From contig OZ251232.1 in assembly GCA_965240325.2 (NCBI GenBank), positions 682,001-746,000 on the forward strand: a DNA stretch of 64,000 nucleotides, written 5' to 3'. The translations under genes and the position numbers were made by a program. The notes beneath the pieces were generated by a model, which searched no databases, was not told the DNA's origin, and saw nothing but the letters and a program-made list of their open reading frames with translations. This DNA comes from Rebecca billardiae RCC1528. Taxonomy: Eukaryota; Protista; Haptophyta. Shown here in pieces: positions 36,401-46,344 of this stretch (position 1 is the first letter of the stretch; the number at the start of each line of letters is the position of its first letter).

Positions 36401-39400
36401 ACGCCGGGGAAAGGCCGCCCCACGCTCGCCGCGAACTCGAGCCGCCCCGCGCCGTCCCGCGCGCGCACGTCCGGCGCGCGCGGCATGGAAGTGCAGATCT
36501 TGCCGCAGCACTCGGTCATGCCGTAGGAGACGAAGAAGTGGCCGTCGGTCGGGCAGGGGGCGTGCTGCCCGGCGGGGGAGCGCGCGGCGCGTGCGGCGCG
36601 GCCGCGGCCGACGACGCCCGTCAGCGCCGCGCGCACGTGCGCGGGCGCGAGCCCCGAGCCGCCGCACGAGAGCAGCCGCAGCGAGGCGAACGAGGCGGCG
36701 GCCGCCTCGGGCCGTGCGAGCAGCATTGCAAGCATCGTGGAGGCGAGGTTGGTCACGCTGACGCCGTGCGCGTCGATGGCGGCCGCGGCGCGGCCCGCGT
36801 CCCAGCGCGCCTGCACGACGTGCACGCCGCACACCGCCGTCGCCGCGTACACCCCGAACGCGTCAACCAGGTGGAAGATCGGCGCGAAGTGCCCCCACAC
36901 GTCCGAGGCGCCGAAGCCAAACTCCGCGAGCGCCGCGTGCGCGTGGGCGAGCACGGCCGCGCCCGAGAGGCACACGCCCTTCGGGAAGCCCGTGGTGCCC
37001 GAGGTGTAGTAGAGCGCGCACGGGCGCGCGCGCGCGTCGCGCGGCGCCGCGCGCCAGCGCAGCGCCGCCGCGCCGCCGCGCGCGCCCTCCTCCAGCGCGC
37101 CCTCGAGCTCGAGCGCGCGGAACGGGCGGCGCGCGGCCGCGTCGGCCGCCGCCTCGGCCGCGGCCGACTCGCGCGCGCCGCCGTGGCTCGCGATCCACAC
37201 GACGACGCGCGGGCCGCGCCAGGGCGGCGGCCGCGCGGCCGCGCCCGCGCGCGCCGCCGCCTCCGCCAGCCCCGCCGCCTCCGCCGCGCCGCCGCCCTCC
37301 GCCGCGAGCACGTCCAGCGCAGCGCGCAGCAGCGGCGCGTGCTCTGTGTGCGCGAGCAGCAGTGCGGGCGCGCTGTCTGCGAGGATGAACGCCAGCTCGG
37401 CGGGGGCGAGGCGCGGGTTGAGGTTGAGCAAGGTGCAGCGCGCGAGCGAGGCGGCAAAGTGCGCCTCGAGCACCTCGAGGGAGTTGGCGCAGAGCACGCC
37501 CACGCGCGGCGGCTCGTCGGCGGCGGCGGCGGCGGCGGGGGCAGTGTCGGCGGCGGCGGCGGCATCGGCGCAGGGTGGCTCGGAGGCCGGGGCGGGCTCG
37601 GTGGGGGCAGGGAGCGGGGCGCACGGCGCGTCGGCGCGCGGCGCCAGTGGCGGCGGCGCGGAGCACAGCGCGCGCATCCCAAAGTCGACGCCTTCCGACG
37701 CGGCCGCACCCGCGGCCGCGGCCGCGCCCGCCCCACCCGCGCCCGCGCCACCCGCGCCCGCGCCGTGCGCGTGCGCGTGCGCGTGCGCGTGCGCGTGCGC
37801 GTGCGCGTGCGCGTGCGCGTGCGCGTGCGCGTGCGTGGCCAGGAATCCGCCGAGGCACGCGGCGCGCGCCCACAGCTGCGCGTAGCTGGCCTCGCGGCCG
37901 TCGTCGCACACCACGCCGAGCGCGTCGGGCGCGCGCGCCGCCGCGCGCCGCAGCAGCGCCCACGCCTCCGCCTCGAGCGTGTGCGCGCGCCGCGCCGAGC
38001 GCAGCGGCCGCAGCAGTGCGCACGGCGGCGGCGCGCTCGGCGCGGCGCGGCGCGGCGGGGCGTGCGGCGGCGGCGGCGGCGGCGGCGGCGGGCAGTGGAT
38101 GAGGAGAGCGGTGACGCGCGCGCGCTCGCCGTCGGCCGCGCCCCCCACCGCGCCCTCCACCGCGTCGCTCAACGCCGCCTCCGCCTCCGCAGCCGTCGCG
38201 CACAGCCGCAGCGCCACGCACCGCGCGAGCGCGCCGCGCCGCAGCCTGGCCGCGAGGGCGCGCACGCGTGTGGGCTGACTGATCAGCAGCAGCAGCACGA
38301 CGTGCGGCGGCGGCGGCGGGGCGTCGTCGTGCGTGCGGGGGCGCGACACGTCGGCCGCGCGGGCGGCAGGCGTCGCCAACTCGCCGCCGCCTTTCCCCCC
38401 ACCTGCACCGCCGCCTTCGCCGCCGCCGCCGCCTGCGCCGAGCCCGCCGCCGCCTGCGCCGAGCCCGCCGCCGCCTGCGCCGAGCCCGCCGCCGCCTGCG
38501 CCGAGCCCGCCGCCGCCTGCGCCGAGCCCGCCGCCGCCTGCGCCGAGCCCGCCGCCGGCCAGCAGAGCGAGCAGCTCCGCGCCGCCCGCCGCGAGCTCCG
38601 GCTCGGAGAGCAGCGCAAAGGCGGGCGCGCCGCGCCGCGAGAGCGCCGCGCCGAGGGCGAGCGCCAGCGGCTGCGTCGGCGCAGCCGAGCGCGGCGCGCG
38701 CTCGCAGCCGAGCACGCACACGCCCGCGCGCACGCGCGCCGCGGCCGCGACCGCGCGCGCCGCGCGGCTCTCGCCGACGACGAGGGCGCTGCTCGGCGCG
38801 CACGCGCGCTGCAGCGCCGCCGCCAGCTGCGCCGGGCGCACGCCGCGCGCCGCGCCGCCGGCGTCCGCGCCGGCGTCCGCCACCGCCGCCGAGCTCGGCT
38901 CCGCGCCGCCGCCGCCGCCGCCATCGCCGCCGCCCAGCTGCAGCGCGCGCCGCCACGCGCGCTGCCGCTCCGCGCCCGCGTCGGCCGCGCCCGCGGTGGC
39001 GCGCACCGCGCTAAGCAGCGCGCGGACAAAGGCGCCCTCGTCGGCGCAGACGGGCGTGCCGCCGAGGTTGGCGCACGGCACGCGCGAGTCCGCGTGCACG
39101 TGCACCAGCGCGTGCGGCGCGATCGCCGTGGGCAGCGCCGCGCGCGCGCCCACCGCGCGCCCGGCCGCGCACCCGATCACCAGAACCGCATCGCACGCGC
39201 CGCGCGCGCGGCAGAGCGTTGCGCGCTCGGCGCGCGGCGCCGAGCCGTCGGCGAGGTCGAGGGACGAGGCGGCGCTGAGCACGGGCAGCGGCGCGGGCGG
39301 CGCGCCCTCCGCGCCGCGCACGCCCTCGGCCGCGCACGCCCCGCCCGCCCCGCGCGCGCCACCGCCGACACCGCCCGGCGCGTCCTCGTCCAGCGCGCCG

Positions 39401-42018
39401 CGGCCGTCCGGCGCCGCAAGGAGCACGGCGCCGAGGGAGGCGCTGAGCGCGGCGAGCTCGTGCGCACACGCGCCGAGCGCGCCGCGGCCGAGGAGGAGGA
39501 GCGGCAGCCGCGAGTCGCACAGCGCCGCGCGCGCGCGCTCCACGTCGTCGGCGCGCGGCTGCGTGCGCGTGAGCGCGCGAGCGTCGCACACCGTGCGCGC
39601 CGTGCGCGCCGTGCGCGCCGCCAAGCGGCGCGCGCCGTCGGCCGCGGCCGGCGCGCCCGCGGACGCGGACGCGCTCGCGGCCGCCGCCGACGTGGCGCTC
39701 GACGCGGCGGCGGCGAGGGCCGCCGCGGGCGCGACGAGCAGCGCGGGCCTGCGCGCGCGCGCGGCCGCGCGCGCCGCCTCCTCCAGCCCCCGCGCGCACG
39801 CCTGCCCACCGCAGCACTCGTCGAGCTCGGCCGTGTACGCGCACACCGCCGCAAGCGCACTCAGGCGCTCGTCGCGCGCGCGGCGCGTGAGCGCGGCGGC
39901 CGCGGCCGCGGCGTGGGCGGTGGCGGCGGTGGCGGGTGCGGGCGAGGGTGCGGGCGAGGGTGCGGCGTCGGAGGGGGCGGGGGCGTGCGCGCCCGCCGCG
40001 CTCGGCGCCTCGCCGTGCGCGAGCACGAGCAGCAGAGGCACGCCCGCCGCGGCGGCATGCGCGAGCGCGCGCGCCGCCTCCGCCCACGCCGCTGAGCCGG
40101 CGCCGCCGAGCGCGCCCAGCTCTGCAGCGCAGGGCAGCACGGCGCACGCCGCGCGGCCCCACGGGGCGGCGGCCGCGGCGCCGACGGCGACGCGCGCGGC
40201 GCAGCCCGCGGGCGCGTGCACGCGCACCAGCGCCGCGGGCAGCCGCGCCGCCGGCGCGAGCGCGCCCAGCGGCGGCGGCGGCGGCGTCGACGCACCATCG
40301 GCCGCGCCGGCCGCGCGCGCGCCGGCCGGCAGCCACAGCGCGGCGCTCAGCGGCGCGGCGCGCAGCCCGGCGTGCAGTGCGCTCTCCGCCGCGCCCGGCG
40401 GCGGCTCGGGGCCCGCCGCCGAGGCAGCGGCGGCGGCGTCGCGGCCGCCGCCCTCCCGACAGCGCAGCAGCACGCACACGCCCGGCCGCCGCTGCCCCGC
40501 GCCGCCATTCGGCCGCGACGGCGCAAGCGCCGCGCGCGCGCCGTCCGCGCTCGCAAGCTCGAGGCCGGCGGCTGGGCACGCGGCCTCGAGCGCCGCCGCC
40601 GTCGCATCGCCGTCCGCGCCGGGCGGCAGCACGGCGCAGAGCAGCACGGGCGCACGCGCCGCCGCGAGCGCGCCATGCACATCCGGCCCGAGCTCGCACA
40701 GCCGCGCCGCGTCGCACACGGCGACAACGGGCGGCGGCGCGGCGCAGTGCGGCGGCGGCGCGGCGCAGTGCGGCGGCGGCGCGGCGCAGTGCGGCGGCGG
40801 CGCGGCGCAGTGCGGCGGCGGCGCGCGCGCGGCGCCGCCGTCCGCGCGAGCAGCCGAGCCGAGCGCGTGCGCGAGCGCGCGCGCGCACGCCGAGGGCGCC
40901 CGCGCCGGGCACAGCACGGCGGGCGCGCTCGCGGCGCGGCGGCCGGCGGCAGCGCCCGCTTCGCCCGGCTCGAGCGCGCCGTGCTCACCCGCCGCACCCT
41001 CGGGCTCGGCCGCCGCCGCCGCCAGCACCGCTTCGACCGCCGCATCGACAAACACGCGCGCGCCCTCGCCGCACGCGCGGCCGAGCGCGAGCCGCAGCGC
41101 GCGCGCCGAGGCGTCGTCGAGCGCGACGGGCGTGGGCTCGGCGTCCTCGCCAGCACGCCGCGCCGCCGCGCCCGCCGCGCCGCCCGGCGTCGGCGCCGCC
41201 AGCCCCGGCGCCGCCGGCGCCGCGCGCTCAGCAATCAGCACGTCCACAGCTCGGCGCGTGGCCGCCGCCAGCTCGGCCGGCAGCGCGGGCGTGTGCACGC
41301 GCGCCGCCGCGTGCGGCGCGGGGCTGCGATGGGGCGGGAGCGGCCCCACGCCTCCCTCCGGCACGCGCACGTACCCCGCCAGCACGTCCGACGGCACCTC
41401 GACCGCCACCGGCCCCGCCGGGTGCGCGCGCGCCAGCCGCGCCGCTCGCAGCAGCTCAGACGGGAGCGCGTCCGCGCGCGGCGGCGCGAGCCACTCCTTG
41501 AGCGTGGGCGCGAGCAGCGCGTGCGCCTCGAACTCGCCGGGCTGGTGGTACGGCGCGTCGGCCGTCGGGTCCGCCCAGCAGCCCTCGACGCCGTCGCGCT
41601 CGCCGTCGGGCGCCGCCGCCGATGCCGGCGCAGGCTGCTCCACCGGCGCGCCGGCATGGCCGAGCACGTCGATGCCCTCGACGAGGAGGAGGAGCGGCAC
41701 GTGCGCGTCGAACGCGCGCACGAGCGCGGGCGCCAGCTCGCCGAGCGCCGCGCCCGCGCGCACGCACGCGCACACGAGCCCTCGGTCGTCCGCAGGCCGC
41801 GCCGCGGCTGCCGCGCCGGCGAGCTCGCCAACACCGAGCTCGGTCGCGAGCGGGACGCACGTGGGCAGCGCGGCCTGCAGCGCGGCCCATGTGCGCGGGG
41901 AGTGGCGCGCAGGCACGCCGACGACGAGGTCCACCCCCGCCGCGCGCAGCGTCGCGGCGACGACCGCGTCGGCGCGGTGCTCCGCGCCCGGGCGCAAGGC
42001 GCTCACGGAGGGAGCCAT
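17484..42018 (-). CDS. Giant hybrid PKS-NRPS megasynthase (~7990 aa) with N-terminal ThDP-fold domains and a C-terminal Pls-like membrane domain; predicted introns 18814-19083, 18305-18459, 18080-18216
   Basis: Approximate positions: ThDP-fold x2 38090-41980; A (YYTSGTTGFPKG, YGMTE, FATGDLG, GSGKVRK) 35890-37980; KR (GATGGIG, YAAAN) 33740-35690; ACP x2 (GVDSF) 32820-33420; KS (DTACSSS, HGSGT, GHLEG) 31410-32775; KR (GGTGGLG, YSAAN) 29160-30970; ACP (GLDSL) 28810-29010; KS0 26005-28672 containing AT (FPGQG, GHSLG, HAFH) 26130-27310; ACP (GIDSL) 25210-25550; C (HHLIDDG) 23060-24530; degenerate A 21310-23000; carrier (GADSF) 20740-21070; TM plus hexapeptide-repeat terminal region 17700-20560. 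The spliced length of 23973 nt is a whole number of codons. Confidence 0.92.
18819..19049. repeat. Two oppositely oriented 11-bp tandem arrays inside a megasynthase intron
   Basis: (GAGATGCGCGC)x3+ at 18819-18858 and (ATCTCGGCGCC)x5+ at 18989-19049. Confidence 0.85.
32820..33420 (-). repeat. Near-identical tandem ACP duplication (offset 351 bp)
   Basis: The two ~250-bp ACP-coding copies encode an identical ACP core, with only about three synonymous differences visible. Confidence 0.9.
37763..37834. repeat. Coding (GCGTGC)n hexamer repeat giving a poly(His-Ala) insert in the A domain
   Basis: Seen directly. A shorter copy lies at ~25862-25892. Confidence 0.9.
38425..38557. repeat. Coding 21-bp tandem repeat (GGGLGAG x~6)
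   Basis: CCGCCGCCGCCTGCGCCGAGC is repeated. A second 21-bp array (PPPHCAA x4) lies at ~40730-40822. Confidence 0.85.
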
Positions 42019-42307
42019 TGCTGCGGACCGGCTCGGGCTGGCGCCCAAATAGAATGCCCAGGGTAAAATGATCGCGAGCTCATCATCAAAAAGGCGCGCG
42101 ACGCCGCTGCGGGGACCAACGCTTTGTCGCTTTCTGGAAGACCGGCGCAGGCCAGCTGCGCAGGCTGCCTGGTTCCTGTGCCTGAGCAGCGTCGTCACCA
42201 GCGTGGAGGCACCGGCGCGGCGCCAAGCACCTCCCTTGGCCAAGCTGAAAGCGCACCAACCCTGCCAGAGAAAGTTCAAAGTGGCTCTGTGCATCGGCAG
42301 ATCCAGC

Positions 42308-44638
42308 ATGGCGGCATTCGCCACGATGGCGTGCCGGGCGCCGGGCGGGTCGATGGCGGTCGTGGCCTTGCTCGTGCACGCCTGCGTGGCTGACCCGCAC
42401 ATCGCCCGCCGGCTCGGCAGGACGGCGTTTCTGCAGGACAGCCCGTTCGACGGCACGCTCATGCTGCGCGATGCGGCGGCGCGCGGGCACGCTGCGCTGG
42501 CGTCGACGACGTCCGTGACGTGCGACGCGCTGCGCCAGAGCTCGGGCGCGGACGAGCGGCCGTCCAACTGCTCGGAGCAGCGCTACCTCGCCGAGGTCGC
42601 CGAGCGGCCCAACGCGCCGTGGCAAGCCGTCCTCGAGAAGACGAGCAGGACGGAGCCGCTCGGGCTGCCGCAGGTGAGCATGCCGCAAGCGCCCTCGGCG
42701 CGCCGCTTCTGTGCGCCGCAGCCGCAATCGTCCATGGTGCTGGCGGAGACGCGCGTGATGCTCGCGCGCGAACCCCGCGACGCGTCGGCGCCGGACGCCT
42801 TCGTGATGGGCTTCCAACGGCAGCACAACCTCTTCCACCTGCTGAACGGCGTGCTCTTCTGCGCATACGCGCAGCTCGCGCAGCGCGCGCCCGCGCACGC
42901 GCACGCGCACGCGCGCCGCGCCGCCAGCGGAGCCGCGGGCCCGGCAGCGGGCGGGGGCACGAACGCGTCGCTCGCGGGGGCGCCGGTGCTGATCCTCGTG
43001 TACGGCGACGCGGAGGAGCTGAAGGGCGCGCGGCTCGCGATGCACGAGGCGCTCGTCGCCGCGCTCACCGTGCCCGGCAGCGCGCGCGTCATCACCGCCT
43101 TTGAGCTCGAACGCGCGGCCGACGCGGAGGCGGCGCGGCAGCGCGCGGATGCGCACTGCCCGGGGCGGCGGCGCCGGCTTGCCGACCGCGGCGTGCGCGG
43201 CGTGGTGCGCGACGTGGTTGTGCCCGTGCGCCATGTGGTCGGCGCGGCCGAGCCAGCGCCGCACATGGCGCGCGTGCGCTTCAGGACGACGCTCGCCGGC
43301 GCGTGCGCCGCCGCCTCGGCAGTGGCCGTCCCGACGGCCGGCCGCGCCGCGCGCGCGGAGGGCGCGCGCGCGGAGGGCGCGCCGCGCCTCCACACGGCGG
43401 CTGTGCGCACGCTGGTCAGCGCGCAGCACGCCGGCTTCCGGCTGACGCCGATGTACCGGTACCTGCTGGCGATGCCGGTGCCGGTGCTCGCGGGCGAGTA
43501 TGCCGACCTGGCCCCCGCGGTGCGCGCGGGGCTGCGGCTCCACGGACGCGCGAGCGCCGCCGACGGTCCGCCCGTCGTCGTGCTGCTGCAGCGGGCGCGC
43601 GGCCGGAGGCTGCTCGACGTGCGCACGGGCACCGAGCGCGCGCTCGTCGCGGACATGTGCGCGGCGGGCGTGTCGCCGCGCGTGGTGACGCTCGACGACA
43701 GCCTCACCCTCCGCGCGCAGGTCGCGGCGCTCGCGGACGCGGCCGTGCTCGTCTCAGCCCACGGCGCGCAGCTCACGCACGCGCTCTGGATGCCGCGCGG
43801 CGGCAGCGTGCTCGAGGTCATCTTGCGCCGCGGCTGGTGCTGCCAGTTCATGCCGGCGTGGGCGCAGGGGGCGGGCGCGCGGCAGTGCGTCACGCCGTGC
43901 GTCGCGTACTACAAGGCGGACTACGCCACGCTCGTGCGCGCGCTCGGGCTGCGCTGGCTGTACGTGGACGCGCACAGCCTCTCGCCGCCCTCCGACAGCT
44001 CGCCCTTTGTCAAGCTGGCGCGCGTGTACGCGTGCGGCAGGCAGCTCGGCCGGGTCGCCGCCGTGCTCGCGCACGAGCAGCGCTGGGCGAGGCGCGAGCT
44101 CGGGCGCGAGTGGACGGAGCAGGCGGCGGAGCAGCTCGAGCCGCCCGGCCTGAGCGCCGAGCTGCTCGCGTGGCGGTACGTGCTGCCCTCGCTGGACGGG
44201 CGCGGCGCGGCTGCCGGCGCCGTGCGCGTGCGCGAGGTGAGCGACTTCAGTCACCAGGCGAGCGCGCGCGACGCGACGCCGAGGGCGAGGGCCCCGGCCG
44301 CGGCGGTCTTCAGCACGCCCGTCGGGAGGCCGCCCAAAATCGCCTGCACTCACTACATGGACCGGTGCTTCCTCCAGACGCCGCCGAAGCGCGCGACCGA
44401 GCGAACGGGGCCGCTCGCGTCGCTGCGGCGGAACAAGAGGAAGTTCATCGCGGAGCCGCTGCTCCCGGAGCAGCCCGGCTGGGTGCCCGCCGGCGGGCCC
44501 AACGGCACGCTGCTGCGGACAACGCCGGCCGAGCGGCTGCCACTCGACGCGGCGTGCAACCTCTCCGCCGCGCTCGAGCGCATCGGGCTGCGCATCACCG
44601 ACGAGTCCATCGTGAACGGGACGACCGCGCCTGACTGA
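42308..44638 (+). CDS. Glycosyltransferase family 61 (DUF563) protein
   Basis: HNLFHLLN, VVLLQRARGRRLL and TLRAQVAALADAAVLVSAHGAQLTHALWMPRGGSVLEV (the GT61 HGAxL motif). Hydrophobic N-terminal segment. Start uncertain (42308 or 42353). Confidence 0.8.
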   Translation: MAAFATMACRAPGGSMAVVALLVHACVADPHIARRLGRTAFLQDSPFDGTLMLRDAAARGHAALASTTSVTCDALRQSSGADERPSNCSEQRYLAEVAERPNAPWQAVLEKTSRTEPLGLPQVSMPQAPSARRFCAPQPQSSMVLAETRVMLAREPRDASAPDAFVMGFQRQHNLFHLLNGVLFCAYAQLAQRAPAHAHAHARRAASGAAGPAAGGGTNASLAGAPVLILVYGDAEELKGARLAMHEALVAALTVPGSARVITAFELERAADAEAARQRADAHCPGRRRRLADRGVRGVVRDVVVPVRHVVGAAEPAPHMARVRFRTTLAGACAAASAVAVPTAGRAARAEGARAEGAPRLHTAAVRTLVSAQHAGFRLTPMYRYLLAMPVPVLAGEYADLAPAVRAGLRLHGRASAADGPPVVVLLQRARGRRLLDVRTGTERALVADMCAAGVSPRVVTLDDSLTLRAQVAALADAAVLVSAHGAQLTHALWMPRGGSVLEVILRRGWCCQFMPAWAQGAGARQCVTPCVAYYKADYATLVRALGLRWLYVDAHSLSPPSDSSPFVKLARVYACGRQLGRVAAVLAHEQRWARRELGREWTEQAAEQLEPPGLSAELLAWRYVLPSLDGRGAAAGAVRVREVSDFSHQASARDATPRARAPAAAVFSTPVGRPPKIACTHYMDRCFLQTPPKRATERTGPLASLRRNKRKFIAEPLLPEQPGWVPAGGPNGTLLRTTPAERLPLDAACNLSAALERIGLRITDESIVNGTTAPD

Positions 44639-44741
44639 CGACGAAACAGATTACAAACAATACGACGTAAGTAGATCTGCATCGAACCTTGAACTGTGTG
44701 CAGAGTCGTCGAGACGTCGTCGGGGCCCTACCTCGTTCGGC

Positions 44742-46291
44742 ATGATGATTACGGTGGCGGTGACCGCGCTCGCCGTCGCCGCGCTCGGCACGGTGCCGTC
44801 CGTCAGCCTGGACTGGGAGGACGTGACGTGCGCGATCGAGAAGGGCGGCCAGAAGCGCCTCCTTCTCGACGGCGTGTGCGGCTCGGCGCACAAGGGCAGG
44901 ATCACCGCCATCATGGGGTGCGGCGCGCGCGCTCGCTCGCGGCCGCGCGCGCGCGGCCCGCGGACGGGCCGGCAGGCACGGCGGCGCGGCGTGGGCGCGC
45001 GGGCGTGCACCTCGCACCGACCGCGCGCGCCGCCCCTTCCTGCCGCGCCCGCAGGCCCTCGGGCGCGGGGAAGACGGTGCTGCTCAACAGCCTGTGCGGC
45101 CAGGTGCGCGCCTCCCCCGGCCTGAGCCTCGAGGGCACGCTGCGCGTGAACGGCGTGGAGTACGAGCCGGACGAGCTGCCGCTGGCGTACGTGAAGCAGG
45201 AGGACCGCTTCTTCGCGCAGATGACCGTGCGCGAGACCCTCGTCTTCAACGCGAAGCTCCGGCTCGGCGCGAACGCGACCGAGGCCGAGATCGGCGCGCT
45301 CACCGAATCCTTGCTCGGCACGCTCGGGCTGACCAAGTCGGCGGACACGCCGGTCGGGGACTCGACGCGGCGCGGCGTGTCGGGCGGCGAGCGCAAGCGC
45401 CTCGCCATCGCGTGCGAGCTCATCTCCGAGCCGCCCCTCCTCTTCCTCGACGAGCCGCTCTCCGGGCTGGACTCCTTCCAGGCGAACAACGTGATGGCGC
45501 GGCTGCGCGCGCTCGCCGACCGCGGGCACACGGTGGTGATCACGCTGCACCAGCCGTCCGCCGCGCTGTACCGGAACGTGGACGACCTGGTGCTCCTCTC
45601 CGAGGGCAAGCTGATGTACTCGGGCCCCACCACGGGCGTCTCGCGCTGGCTCTCCGCCGCGGCCGGCGCCGTGCGGCCGCGCGACGTGCCGGCGGCCGAG
45701 CACATGTTGGACGCTGTCTCGATGGACTACTCGAGCCCCGAGGCGGAGCGGGCGTCGCGCGAGCGCGTCGCGACGCTCGCCGAGGCGGCGCGCGGCGCGC
45801 ACGTGCCGCCCGCGCCGCCGCGGCTGGGCAGGCGCTCGAACGGCCCGCTGCAGCCGCGCAGCGCAAGCCGCGCGCCCAAGGCGGCCGTGGGCGTGCAGTT
45901 CCGGCTGCTGTTCCAGCGCGCGTGGCGAGAGGTCGTGCGCGCCAAGGGCGTCTTCCTCATCAAGGTGGCGCAGCAGGTGATGATCGCGCTGATCTACGGC
46001 GGGATCTACACCCTCGACGACTCGCAGCGCTCGGTGCAGGACCGGCTCGGCCTGCTCTCCCTCATCGCCGTCGGCGCGTCCAACCTCGCGGTCGCGGGCA
46101 CCATCCGCGCCTTCCCCAAGGAGAAGTCGCTGGTGGTCGAGGAGCGCTCGAAGAACCTCTACGGCGTCGGCGCCTATGTGCGCACCGCCGCGCGGGCCGC
46201 GCGGGGCGCGCGCGAGAGAGAGACACACACAGAGAGCGGGCGGGCGAGGCCGGGCGGGGCTGCGTGCGGGGCGTGAGCGCGCGCGCCGTCA

Positions 46292-46344
<53 letters not shown>

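Noticed and set aside
17484-42018. Bacterial contamination as the source of the megasynthase
   Set aside because: It has predicted spliceosomal introns and the same low-complexity style as the flanking eukaryotic genes. Ancient horizontal transfer remains possible.
19750-42066. Very long plus-strand and off-frame ORFs overlapping the megasynthase (e.g. 3187, 1735, 1239 aa)
   Set aside because: Arg/Ala/Pro-rich shadow frames expected at this GC content; no domain motifs.
42019-42567. N-terminal extension of the 8114-aa ORF to 42567
   Set aside because: It crosses the lower-GC promoter-like spacer and overlaps GT61 antisense. Recognisable homology starts just after the ATG at 42018.
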